From the NCBI GenBank assembly GCA_963825865.1, contig CAWGVG010000015.1, forward strand, positions 96,001 to 160,000: a stretch of DNA of 64,000 bases, in the 5' to 3' direction. Shown piece by piece: positions 24,274 to 36,519 of this stretch (positions are counted from its first letter, which is position 1; every line of letters begins with the position of its first letter). Source of the stretch: an uncultured Nitrososphaeraceae archaeon (GTDB lineage: Archaea; Thermoproteota; Nitrososphaeria; Nitrososphaerales; Nitrososphaeraceae). The translations under genes and the position numbers were made by a program. The notes under the pieces were generated by a model. That model saw only the letters and a list, made by a program, of their open reading frames with translations. It did no database searches and was not told the DNA's origin.

Positions 24274-25543
24274 ATGCAAATTGAACAAGGAGAAGGAGAA
24301 CAACAAGAACCAATTGAGGAGGAATCCAATGCATATTCGCTATTTGTATATGCCGTGAGATCACAAATTACAAGGGATTATTATCTGAGACGGTTACGAA
24401 TTTTCTTTAATGATATTAATTTACTTCCTGATGGAGCAATGGAAGAAAGGTGTAATCTGTTTGCTGCAAAGGGATAAAAGATCCAAATTGGGCTTTTCAT
24501 TGCATTGTAAAATTCTTGCAGTTTCAAAGGGAAAGAGTTGAAAAAGAAGAGATTACAGGAGCAACTCTCCGTAACTTTGTAAAAGCTATAAAATTATTCT
24601 GTGAAATGTCTGATATTCCAGTTACATGGAAAAAGATCAGTCGTGGATTACCTAAAATTAGAAGATATGCTGATGATCGCTCACCAACCATACAAGAAAT
24701 TCAGAAAATTTGTGAATATCCTGATAGGAGAATAAAAGGAATAGTGTACACTATGTCATCTACTGGAATCAGGCTTGGCGCATGGGATTACTTACGCTGG
24801 AGACATATAGTGCCAATCAAAAGAGAAGGAAAAATTGTAGCCGCAAAGGTAGTTGTTTATGCTGGAGATGATGAAGAGTATTTTTCATTCATAACTCCTG
24901 AAGCATATTGTGAATTGGAAAAATGGATAGAATATCGTCAGGAATCCGGGGAAAAGGTAGATGTCAATAGCTGGGTAATGAGGCAATTATGGAATACTAA
25001 ACAAGGCCACTACCATCATGGAACAATAAAGGATGCTACTAAACTCAAATCTTCGGGGGTCAAAAGATTAATCGAAGATGCATTATGGACACAAGGAATT
25101 AGAAAGAAATCAAATCTAAAAAGAAACAGATATGAGTTTCAAACAGATCATGGGTTAAGAAAATGGTTTAAAACTCGTTGCGAAATAGCTGGAATGAAAA
25201 GCATAAATATAGAAAAATTGATGGGTCATTCAGTAGGTATATCCGATTCTTACTATAGAGCTACAGAGAATGAACTTTTAGATGATTATTTGAAAGCAGT
25301 TCCTCTACTTACAATAAGCAGCGAGAACAGGCTTCATATACAGATGAAAGAAGTGGTCGAACAATCAAGAAATAACGATGCCAGCATCAAATCTGAATTA
25401 TACGAAAAAGGACAAGCGATTGCTAATTTGACAGAAAGAGACTCATTAACACTGACGCAATAGCTTCTCTATCAGATCAGGTAATGAAACTTATCAAGGA
25501 GATCGAGGTCTTAAAGAGGAACAGAACTAGTGATACAACTTAA
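24274..25543 (+). CDS. Tyrosine recombinase/integrase (frameshifts near 24470 and 25445)
   Basis: STGIRLGAW (R), HGLRKWF (HxxR), LMGH, SDSYYR (Y). Confidence 0.9.
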
Positions 25544-25569
25544 TTCAAAATAAAAAGAAAATTCTTCTA

Positions 25570-25929
25570 TTATCTGTTCAAAGCCGTCCTAACTTCAGGG
25601 AGAGCCAAAGCAAATCCGACATGAATACAATCAAAAGTATCTTCAGAAATACATTTTAAGTTCCTATTTCTTACCTGAACTTCTATCAGTCTTTCATTCT
25701 TTCTCATATCTTTTAATATAACTGTGTCATCATTGAGGCCAACCAACGAGATAAACTGTGCTTCTCTAAGCATTCTACGTCGCTCAAGTTCTATTAGTGC
25801 CGATTCTGAAACGAATGCCAAAAGATAAGTTTGGATGCTTTGCTTTTTCAATGTTATACTTACGTTCTAGTTCTGAGAGCGATTTACCACTTACTGTAAT
25901 AGTCTTTTGTCCTGGTTTTGGCACTACAT
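25570..25929 (-). CDS. Putative RHH-like regulator with C-terminal C-x6-CxH motif
   Basis: Reconstructed with the duplicate copy: MSVPKPGQKTITVSGKSL...FAAFVSESALIEL...KCISEDTFDCIHVGFALALPEV. Confidence 0.6.
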
Positions 25930-26630
25930 GATATGACCTTCTGATATTAATAAATATAACAGCTAATCCAAGTGCGTAACGGTTATTAGCCGTGCCATAG
26001 ATAAAAATATGTGAGCAGAGGCTACAAGACGGTCAGAGCAGAAAGAAGATAGATTGGAAAAAACAAGTGATGCCTGCAGTAAAAGAAAGGTGCAAGCTTC
26101 AATTCACGTGGAATAATACCTACACTGAGGGCAATGTTTTATGCACTTGTTTCTCGCGGAGTGATACCTAATGATCATCATTGAGGCCAACCAACGAGAT
26201 AAACTGTGCTTCTCTAAGCATTCTACGTCGCTCAAGTTCTATTAGTGCCGATTCTGAAACGAATGCTGCAAAAGATAAGTTTGGATGCTTTGCTTTTTCA
26301 ATGTTATACTTACGTTCTAGTTCTGAGAGCGATTTACCACTTACTGTAATAGTCTTTTGTCCTGGTTTTGGCACTGACATGATATGACCTTCTGATATTA
26401 ATAAATATAACAGCTAATCCAAGTGCGTAACGGTTATTAGCCGTGCCATAGATAAAAATATGTGCAGCAGAGGCTACAAGACGGTCAGAGCAGAAAGAAG
26501 ATAGATTGGAAAAAACAAGTGATGCCTGCAGTAAAAGAAAGGCTGCAAGACTTCAATTCACGTGGAATAATACCTACACTGAGGGCAATGTTTTATGCAC
26601 TTGTTTCTCGCGGAGTGATACCTAATGATC
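25727..26630. repeat. ~450-bp tandem duplication of a divergent promoter and both gene 5' ends
   Basis: 25727-26175 is repeated at 26175-26630; the differences I saw are 1-2 bp deletions in the first copy. Confidence 0.9.
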
Positions 26631-27427
26631 AAAAGAAATATCAATACCTGAGCGAGTTTACGGCTAGAGCGAGAGAGAATGGAGAACTACCAATAAATTG
26701 TTTTGCAGACCAAAGCAGAAGAGTAGTACAAGATTTTAACGATATCTATCAATCTCCTGAAAAGTACGTAGATAGAGCTATACAATACTTACAAGATGCA
26801 CCAAATGATTATCTTAACACTATACCTAGATGGCATGAACAACCAGAGTATGTAGAAGTCTGGGTGGAAAAAGACGCTCTCGCAGGCACTTTAAAATCCA
26901 TACTTGGAGATAGACAAATTAGGATTGTGCCTAATAGAGGATTTAGTAGTGTAGCGTTTAGTCACGATAATATTAAAAGGCTAAAGGATTTTCAATACCA
27001 AGGGAAAAGTATTCACATTCTTTACTTTGGTGATTTGGATCCATCTGGGGAAGTCATAGATGAGGTTATTTATAAGAAATTAAGACAATATGGAATATAC
27101 GGAGTTGATTTTAAACGTATAGCAGTAACAGAAGAACAAACAAGGCAGTTCAATTTGCCACATAACCCTGATCCGGAGACCTTGAGCAAGCTAAAAAAGG
27201 ACAGCAGAGCAAAATCCTTCATGAGGAGACATAATGGTGAGCTTTTTCAAATCGAAGTTGATGCGTTACAGGCATATGGCCCTGATGAATTTAAAAGTCT
27301 AGTACAACAGTCTGTGGACAAATACTTTGACCAAGATATTTACAAGGAAGCACTGTCTAATCCGCTACATTCTGAAGAAGGTGAAGTCGCTTTTAAAGAA
27401 TTTAAAATAGAATATGCTTGTCTTTAG
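26462..27427 (+). CDS. Topoisomerase VI-A/Spo11-like Toprim-domain protein
   Basis: TLRAMFYALVS (wHTH, Tyr), VEVWVEKDAL, RGFSS, ILYFGDLDPSG, EVDAL. Confidence 0.75.
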   Translation: MQQRLQDGQSRKKIDWKKQVMPAVKERLQDFNSRGIIPTLRAMFYALVSRGVIPNDQKKYQYLSEFTARARENGELPINCFADQSRRVVQDFNDIYQSPEKYVDRAIQYLQDAPNDYLNTIPRWHEQPEYVEVWVEKDALAGTLKSILGDRQIRIVPNRGFSSVAFSHDNIKRLKDFQYQGKSIHILYFGDLDPSGEVIDEVIYKKLRQYGIYGVDFKRIAVTEEQTRQFNLPHNPDPETLSKLKKDSRAKSFMRRHNGELFQIEVDALQAYGPDEFKSLVQQSVDKYFDQDIYKEALSNPLHSEEGEVAFKEFKIEYACL

Positions 27428-27579
27428 CTTGTTTATAATAGACTAGTTACTGCGATCGTTTTAGTAATCCTGACTGACTAGTGCCGTTATTATTTTTCTT
27501 CTCTAGAATATGTATAATTTAGTCGAGTCATAGCTTGCAATAGTTCTCTTAGGCAAACCGTAGTTATTGATTATACTGT

Positions 27580-27753
27580 ATGGAAAATAATACCAACAAT
27601 AAAGAAGTCACCAAAACCTGGGTTAGTGGACAAAATTCTTGCACACTTGTTATCCCTCGATCGGTGGCCAAGGAATACGGCTTAGACTCGCCTTCGCACG
27701 TAGTAGTAGAGAGGATTCCACAAGGGATCCTGATCAGAAAGCTGGAAGTCTAG
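27580..27753 (+). CDS. AbrB/MazE/SpoVT-family DNA-binding protein
   Basis: MENNTNNKEVTKTWVSGQNSCTLVIPRSVAKEYGLDSPSHVVVERIPQGILIRKLEV* (57 aa). Confidence 0.8.
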   Translation: MENNTNNKEVTKTWVSGQNSCTLVIPRSVAKEYGLDSPSHVVVERIPQGILIRKLEV

Positions 27754-27782
27754 AGTAAGGATTAGAGGAGAGAAAAAAAGAG

Positions 27783-28719
27783 ATGATATCTGATAATTTA
27801 CTATCCCACGATGATAATAAAGTTATCCCACATCTAATATTGACCGAGTATCACAGAATGGGTTTTAAGCTAGTACCTCTCGGAGAGGACTCTAAAACCC
27901 CGACCATCAGCTCTACTAATGACATTTACAACGATCCTAATTATTGGACAGAAGAAAAGCTGATCAAAGAGTATTCTAGATTTTCAAATATTGCTACTAC
28001 ATTTGGCATAACTTACACTTCAGAAGGCGAAGCAAACGAGAATAAAAAAGTGTACCTCCACTGCCTGGATATTGATAGTGATAATGTTCTAGCTATTTTA
28101 TTTGACTTCTTAGAGGAGCTGAAATCCAAAACATTTGTAACTAAAACTAAGAAGGATTGCGGTTACCATATTTACTGGTTAAGTCACTCGCAACATACAT
28201 CAATTGGAGCTCGCAGATGCAAACTTGGTTATGAGTTTGAAATCAAGAGTGATAATTCGCTTGGACTTTGTACATTGCCACCCAGCATACACAGGGACGA
28301 TCCTACATTTAGGTATAGAAGTATAGGACTGGATTGTAAAATAACTATTGATGATGGGTTATACCACAAACTGGTAGGTATGCTTTATGATAGGTGTCTC
28401 AAGTCCCAGAACGCCAATGTGATAAAAGATAATCAAAAAGGATTCTAATTTAGCAGGTGTAGATAAAATAACAAAAAGTGAGACTCTTTCTACCGCTACT
28501 TTTAGATCCCTAGATGAACATGCTATAGAACAAGCGGCAGATGCACTTAGGATCAGTTATCAAAGAGGTCATAGAAATTCTATAATTTTTGGTCTTGGTG
28601 GATTATTATTCAAGTCCAGTGTTTCTCTACAAAGTGCACATGATCTGGTTGCCAGGCTATGTGATCATACTAAAGATGAAGAAAAGAGTAGCAGACTGGA
28701 AGTTTTAAACAGCACATAC
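27783..28719 (+). CDS. Bifunctional primase-polymerase plus PriCT-like domain (N-terminal part of probable fusion)
   Basis: GFKLVPL..SKTP, CLDIDS, KTKKDCGYHIYW, LCTLPPSIH; after a slip at an A-run near 28435 the frame reads GHRNSIIFGLGGLLFK and runs in-frame into ORF 28720. Confidence 0.8.
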
Positions 28720-30440
28720 ATGAAGGGTTTAAACGGCGATGACGTTAAAGGCACTGCTCAGCTTCTCGATATATTTACTACATTAAATGGAGGAGATAAA
28801 AATTCTGCAAGACAGTTTTTGAAAGATATCTGTCAGGTTCTAGGTGTGAACGGAAGCATTAGCAATAATGATGAATCTAGTGCACCAACGCCTACTACAA
28901 CTCAAACTCTGATACAACTAGCCAAAGAAAACACCTTATTATTTTTCAAAGATCAATTTGATATCACCTATGCCAAAGTTAAGGTACATCAACATTCTGA
29001 GGTAATAGCACTTGCCAGTTCCAAATTCGAATATCTACTAAGTAAACTCTATTTTGAACATACAAGAGGTGAGGTGGCAGGTCAAGAATCATTAAACAAT
29101 GCTATACGTGTGCTAATTTCACAGACTTTGTTTGACAGTCCAACAGTAACCTTAAACCTAAGGGTTGCATGGGGATGTGAACTGCAAAGTAAAGATTGGG
29201 AAATTTATTACGATCTAGCAGACCCTCTGTGGAGTTGTATTAAGATAACTCAGCAAGATTGGGAAATCATACAAGACCCTCCAGTATTATTTATCCGGTT
29301 TAATCAAAAAGCGCAGATTGAACCTGAGAGAAACTATCCTATTGACATATTTGATAAGTATCTTGATTTAATGCACATAAACAACCCAGACCACAGACTG
29401 TTAATCAAAGTCTGGACTATTGCAGCATTTATTCCAGATATCCCACATCCAATAAGTATTCCATACGGTGAAAAGGGAAGTGTAAAGACCACATACTGCA
29501 AATTCCAAAAAAGGTTAATCGATCCTGACAAAATAGAGCTTCTTACTGTTCCTCAAGAGAAAAGCGAATTTGTGCAACAGCAATATCACAACTACCTTAC
29601 TGTCTACGATAATATCAAAACCGTTCCATATTGGTTTTCTGACGAAGTTTGCAAAGCAATAACGGGAATTGGAAGTAGCAAGAGAAGACTTTACACTGAT
29701 GACGATGATGTGATCTACAGTTACAAACGCCTTCTCATAATAAATGGCATCAATAATAGTCTAACTGAGCCTGATGCCTTAGATCGCAGTATCCTCAAAG
29801 AGTTCGAACGAATAACTGACGATCAGAGAAAGGAAGAGTCCAAGGTAGAGGCTGAATTTGAAGAAATGAAGCCAAAACTTTTAGGATATATATTTGACGT
29901 TTTAGTAAAATCCCTACGAATCAAGCCTAGATAGAATTACGTAACTTGCCCAGGATGGCCGATTTTGCAGTTTGGGGAGAAGCCATTGCAAGGGCCATAG
30001 GCTATAAGCCAATGGAGTTTATTGAGGCATACTATCGAAATATAGGTAGGCAAAATGTAGAAGCAATAGAATCAAATCCGTTAGCTCAGACATTAGATAA
30101 GTTTGTAGATAGCTGGTACAAAGAAGGACAGGAAGCTTGCTGGCAAAGTCCTACTTCTAAGGTTTTAGAAAAGCTAAACAAGACAGCCCAGGCGTATGGT
30201 ATAGACACAAGCAGTAAATTATGGCCTAAAGCCGCCAATTCCTTAACAAAGAGGCTAAGGCCTATACTATCAAACCTAAGGGAGGGTCTAGGAATCCATG
30301 TTGTCATCAGCAGAAACTCTACTGGCAAAAACAAAAACACTTCAACCATAAGAATACTGAAAAAACCTCCACTACCTCCACCATCTCCACCAGACCAAAA
30401 CAAGCACAAAATTATAATGAAAATGGTGGAGGTATATTGA
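28720..30440 (+). CDS. SF3-like helicase/ATPase with C-terminal wHTH-like region (middle of probable fusion)
   Basis: Walker A variant GEKGSVKT, Walker B LTVYDNI, motif C LIINGIN, DALDRS, PRMADF. Confidence 0.75.
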
Positions 30441-30548
30441 GTAGTGGACATACATACCTCCACTCAACAGCATATATCTCCACTAGAAGATATCCAAAAT
30501 CGTGCTCAAAACACAGAAAGTGGAGATAGTGGACATAGTGGAGGTATT
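30363..30548. repeat. Iteron array (putative replication origin) at the helicase/PolB junction
   Basis: Three CTCCAC units at the left end, three GTGGA(G/C) units at the right end, further copies inside. Confidence 0.7.
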
Positions 30549-32609
30549 ATTCCTACCTTAGAGGAGCAGAACCATCTAGACATCGCTGTCAACGATATTC
30601 TGAAAAAGTATGTTGCATTTGACCTCGAATGGACAACATCTTCAGAAGAATCTGCTTCCACAGGATTTGCAACCACATACTCAATAGGAACAAAGATCAC
30701 AGCAGCTGCTTTTGTAGACAATGAAGGGAAAAGCAAAGTCCTACACGTATCAGACTATTCTAATTCCGACAATCCTGAACATGAACTCTTAGTAGATGTT
30801 AATAAAGAGCTGTTAAAGTATGACTATTCACTTGGATGGTATTCTACTGGTGTTGCTATTTATCATGAAGACACTCAAGAGTACCTTGATGGTGTTGACT
30901 CGGATCTTGCTTATTGCATAACAGGTGTTTAGCAAATGGTGTTGATTCTGTAATTGATTTTAATAGCGCAGGTATTCCATACATAAGGGGTCAAAAACAC
31001 ATTGACCTGCATTCTGTATTTGGCAAACCAATGGTACAGACTACAATCTTTAAGAATGCTTACAGAACCCTCAAACTTGAGGAAGTATCCAAAGCTGTAT
31101 TAGGAGACGGTAGTGTTGAAACAGGTGAAGGAAAATACAAAGGGCTAACAGGTAAAGACATTCATACTCTTTCAGTTGAAGAACAAAGGAAGTATGTTCT
31201 AAGAGATGCAGAGCTAGTAATACAACTTTCAAAGCATAACAATGGTGAAGTCCTTGATGCTATGAAATCTATCTCGGAAATAACTGGACTGGATTTTGAA
31301 AGAGTCTGTGGAACTGGCATATCTACATGGTGGGGAGCTATTTTTGATAATATGATGTCTAATGGAGAACACGAATCACCAGCCTTATCATTAACAAAAA
31401 GAAACAAGAACTAACAGATCTAGAGTATAGAGGTGGAATAGTCCTTCAACCAAAGAGGGGACTTTACCATAATCTCATTGTTGTTGATGTTGCGAGTTTG
31501 TACCCTTCAATGGCAATACTTCACAATATATCATTTGACACAATTAACTGTGAATGTTGTAAAGATAGTAATCTTGACTTGAAGACAAACAAAGACATTA
31601 CAAAAGATTGTAGAATAGAAAAAGAATAGAATGGATATGTAAATTAAAAGAAGGTGCGTTTCCAAAGAAATTAAAAGTATTCAAAGAAGAGAGACTACAA
31701 CAAAAGAGACTAGGAAATCAAGTAAAGCAACTAGCTTTAAAAATTCTAATTAATGGCGGGTATGGAGTCTTTGGAAGTCAATATTTCAAGTATTATGATC
31801 CAAGAGTAGCAGAACTAATCACAGCTTATGGTAGACATACACTTTCAAAAATGCAATCAATTGCCAAAGACATAGGCTTTGAAATAGTATATGGAGATAC
31901 TGATTCCCTTATTCCTTCGCTATAACAATAATAATGCAGTATTTATCTCTGAAGGCATGAAAAAATCGTTTCAAGAGTTCAAGAAGAATGTAGCAAACAA
32001 TTGGGAGTTGAAGTAGAACATGCCAAAACATACCAAACTGCAATAATTTCTGATAAAAAAAAGCACTACATTGGTTGGAGTGGCATACAAGGAAAAGAAC
32101 CAGACATAGTAGGAATGGAGGGAGACAAAAATGATAGACCCAGATGGATTAACACTGTATTCAGACAGACAGTATATGATATTATTAGTTCGCAATACTG
32201 ATCCATTGCCAAATCTGAAAAAAGCAATTACTAATTTAGAATCTACATAATGTAAATCCAGAATTACTAAAGAGATCTAATAGACTATCCAAAAATCCAG
32301 AAGAATATGAAAATGAAAATGATCGTAAACGCAAAATAGGGTTAGCGATTGGTGCAAGGAAAGGAGATGTTATAGAGTATTTTGAATCTGACAACAATAA
32401 AGAAGGTTATTCTATAAATCCACAAGACATCAGTATAAAAAAAATACAAAATAATGTTATGGAAAGCAGTTAAGGATATTTTGGAAATTGCAGGTTATGA
32501 CATTGCACAGATAGAACAAGAATTAATTTTTAACAATAGCAAATATGGCCACATAGCAGAGCCTCCCCGTGGCGTGGCCGGGTTACGCCAATTTGCAGCA
32601 AGGAGGTGA
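30444..32609 (+). CDS. polB: Family B DNA polymerase with 3'-5' exonuclease (C-terminal part of probable fusion; several frameshifts)
   Basis: ExoI AFDLEW, ExoIII KYVLRDAE, YRGGIVLQP, region II VDVASLYPSM (~31486), region III KILINGGYG (~31740), region I YGDTDS (~31890), KKHYIG. Confidence 0.92.
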
Positions 32610-32620
32610 ATAGTCTAAAT

Positions 32621-32973
32621 ATGGCATCAGAAAGTCAAGTATTAAGTCCTAAAGCCAAGGAAAATTTGCAGAGAAATGCAGAGCTAAGACAAAAGGACAA
32701 CAAATTTGTAAAATTCAGCCAAGTGAGAAGAAGGTCTATCAATTCAATCCTGAAAAAATAGAGCAAGTAGAAGCAGAATTTAACGGAAAGAAGAGTCAAA
32801 GATACAGATACACAGTAACAGACCCCAACGACAGCAATCAAGAAAAGTACCTAGACGTAGGAAAGAGAACTTCAGAAGACATTGACGCATATTTAAGTGA
32901 AGGAAAAACATTACTCAAAATTCAAAGGTTTGGCTTAGGCAAGGATACACGATATCACGTTACACAAGCCTAA
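32621..32973 (+). CDS. Putative phage-type single-stranded DNA-binding protein (one frameshift)
   Basis: AGGAGGTGA upstream; MASESQVLSPKAKENLQRNAELRQKDNKFVK...RYRYTVTDPN...LLKIQRFGLGKDTRYHVTQA*; the I-x-R-x-G-x-G-x-DT-x-Y ending resembles phage OB-fold SSBs. Confidence 0.55.
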
Positions 32974-33746
32974 AACCAAACCTCCATCCGTATTTTTTTG
33001 GATTAAGATACCTTGTATAGGACGTGATATTAAGTTTAACCAAGGTTTGGACGAGTGTCTGAATATAATATCAAGATTAACAGTGAGAGAAAGCTATAGT
33101 TTATCGATTCGGTCCGTAAACCATTAAAAATGCTGTTAAAACATGATAAGGACTATTGACGGACTAACTTGCTCGGATTACATAAATCACATATAGTAAA
33201 AGATTTATTGCAAGACAATATCGTCCTCCATGAATATAAGTTCCTAACTCCTCCATCGTTCTCTTTAATTCATTTATCCTTTTGTCGTAGTAGCTAAAAA
33301 ACAAGTCAGAGATAGCCGCTGCTGTTCTTGTTCATGTAACTGGTTTTGTTCTCGTTATTGCCTCGTTCTTTTTCTAGTCCTTCTTCAACCGTCTTATCAC
33401 AAACAAAATGGGACCCATATCCCTAAATGATATTCTGGCTTCTTTTGCTAACCACTAACAATAACAAATAAAATTACAGCTGCTGCATTTGTAGATAGTA
33501 TGCTTAGAATGAAAGAACATATGCAAAAAAATCTAAGTTTTTTTATCTTGTCTATCCATAACGCTGATTGTAAATCTTACATTAACTACAGCACATTCTG
33601 GGTTGGTTAACGCACAGGACAGAATAATACATCAATGCAACCTCAAGGAACACGGAGCATGGCAACAACAACAAATGCCAATTTTTTGTATACAGTTATT
33701 ATTAATGGTGGTGATGGTACAGAGTAAACATACACTAGCAAGACTA

Positions 33747-36192
33747 TCACTGTGAAGCAAATACTTGAATACGATAATTATAGAATCAGCTACATACACA
33801 TTACCAGATGAATCAATAGCAATACCACATGGGATCTGAATTGTCCATCGCCTGTACCATAAGATCCCCATTTTGTTATAAAATTGCCATTGCTGTCAAA
33901 CTTTTGTATACGATGATTACCTGAATCAGTTACATACACATTACCTGAAGAATCAACAGCGATACCAGTTGGACGTATCAAATTGTCCATCTCCAGTACC
34001 ATAACATCCCCATTTTGTTATAAAGTTACCATTGCTGTCAAACTTTTGGATACGATCGATTATCAGTATCAGCTACATACACATTACCTGAAGAATCAAC
34101 AGCGATACCATAAGGATTATCAAATTGTCCATCTCCAGTACCTTTAAATCCCCATTTTGTTATAAAGTTACCATTGCTGTCAAACTTTTGTATACGATTA
34201 TTATCATGCATCAGCTACATACACATTACCTGAAGAATCAACAGCAATACCATCTGGATGTATCGAATTGTCCATCTCCTGTACCATTACATCCCCATTT
34301 TGTTATAAATTTACCATTACTGTCAAACTTTTGAAACGATGATTATACTCATCAGCTACATACACATTACCTGAAGAATCTACAGCTATACCCTCTGAAT
34401 ATAAATTGTCCATCTCCAATCGCAGATCCTATAAATTGCCCATACTGTTCTAACTGATAAGTATCCCCATTTTCTAACAAAGGTATACTCATTTGATATA
34501 ACAGGTTTTGTTTGATTGGGCATTGTATGTTGGTATTGATTACTAGCAGCTTTCACAGTAACAGATACAATAGCAGGATTATTACTTGCAGCACCTTTAT
34601 CGTCTTTAACTGTAAGAGAGAATTTCAATGTAGTGTCAGACTGATACAGTTGGAGTGTAAATGTGATGTTGCATGTATTAGCATCATTTAATGTTACAGC
34701 TGGACCTGAAGTCTGCGTCCATGAATAAGATGTTATATTGCCATCTGGATCTCTACTGCCGCTACCATCCAAAGTAACAGTATCACCTGCATTAACTGTC
34801 TGATCTGAGCCAGCATTAGCTGTTGGAGGCTGATTAGGTGGTGGTATATACTTGTCTGTAACTTTAACAGTAGCTGTATTAGTTGCATTTTTGCTATCTG
34901 TAACTGTTAATTCAAATATCATATCTGTGTCTGAAGATATATCTTTGGGAGCTGTAAATGTAGCAATGGATGTATCAGCACCGTTCAATGTAACAGTATG
35001 GTCCACTAGTCTGAATCCATGAATATGTTAATGAATCGCCATATCTGGATCTTTACTTTTACTACCATCCAAAGTAACAACATATCCTGCATTTACTGTC
35101 TGATTGTACCGGCATTAGCTACTGGAGGATGGTTGACAGGATTTACTGTGATTTTGACAGTTGAAATACCTGTTGCATTTTTGTCATCTTTAACTGTTAA
35201 TTCAAATACTAATACTGTATCAGTTGAAACATTGATGGAGCTGTAAATGATGGTGTAGCGGTATTAGCACCATTTAATGTAACAGCTGGTCCTCCTATCT
35301 GTTTCCATGAATATGATGTTATAGTTACCATCTGGGTCTTTACTTTTAGTACCATCCAAAGTAACACTATCACCAGCATTAACTGTTTGATCTAAGCCAG
35401 CATTAGCTACCGGTGGTTGGTTAGGAGGTGGAACATACTTGTCTGTAACTTTAACATCATCTACACCAGTTGCATTTTTATTGTCAGTAACTGTTAATTT
35501 AAACGTCAGAGTTGTGTCAGCAGATATGTTGTTAGAAGGAGCTGTAAAGGTAGCTATTGGATCTATTAGCACCATTTAATATAACAGTAGGACCAGCAGT
35601 CTGCACCCATGAATATGTTAATGTATCGCCACTATCAGGGTCTTTGCTTTTACTTCCATCTAGAGTAACAACATAACCTGGATTTACTGTCTGATCTTCA
35701 CCAGCATTAGCTACTGGAGGGTGGTTGATATGCTTGACTGTAATAGTAACAATGGCATGGATTGTTACTTTCAGCACCCTTGTCATCTTTAGCTGTTAGC
35801 GCAAACTTCAATTGGGTATCAGATGGTACATTGGAAGGAGCTGTAAATGTAGGTGAAGATGTATTAGATCGTTTAATATTACAGCTGGTCCTGCAATCTG
35901 TCATCCATGAATAGCTCAATTTATCATTTGGATCTGGATCAATGGCAACACCAACAAGTGTAACCTTTGAGCTCTCATTTACTGTTTGGTCTGGACCAAC
36001 ATTGGCTATAGGAGGATGATTGACTATAGGTGGTTGCTTTGGATTGGTTGGTTTGAACGCTAATGCTGTATGATAAGTATAAGGAGCATTTGGTAAAGTA
36101 TTATTAAATGATGATAAGGGAAGAAAAACATTACAAATTGCGCTGAGTGTTAAAATTAAAGTTATTAAAGTTGTTTTTGTCTTTACCATCAT
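33747..36192 (-). CDS. Secreted protein A: signal peptide, 5 PKD/Ig-like domains, NHL beta-propeller (many frameshifts)
   Basis: TALAFKPTN; repeated NxPPxANAGxDQTV...SYSW...FxLTVxD; repeated [14 protein letters not shown]...[16 protein letters not shown]. Confidence 0.85.
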
Positions 36193-36519
36193 CTATTAGA
36201 TGTGTTTTAGTTTACTTCTAGTATGATATAAAAGCATCCAGTTATTTTCCGCATTAGTTAAGACATAGATATCTACAATTAACTCTGTGTTACCATCATT
36301 CACTCCAAATGTAACGTTGAGAAATCAAAGATTGATTAATAACTGTCTAGAGTAGTATTCATATCAGTGAGTGTCTAGAGTAGTATAGGAGTAATATTCA
36401 TATCAGCGCATCAGGTTGTCACATTGTGTGATGAATGACTTATAGTATTGGTATTGATACGGGAGAAAGATTAGCATTTACTCTATTTGTTATTGGTATA
36501 AATCTAAAGGAGAAGAATT

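Noticed and set aside
24274-32609. Casposon or pipolin
   Set aside because: No Cas1 and no terminal inverted repeats seen; the PolB looks cellular-type and comes with its own primase; integration is by tyrosine recombinase at a tRNA
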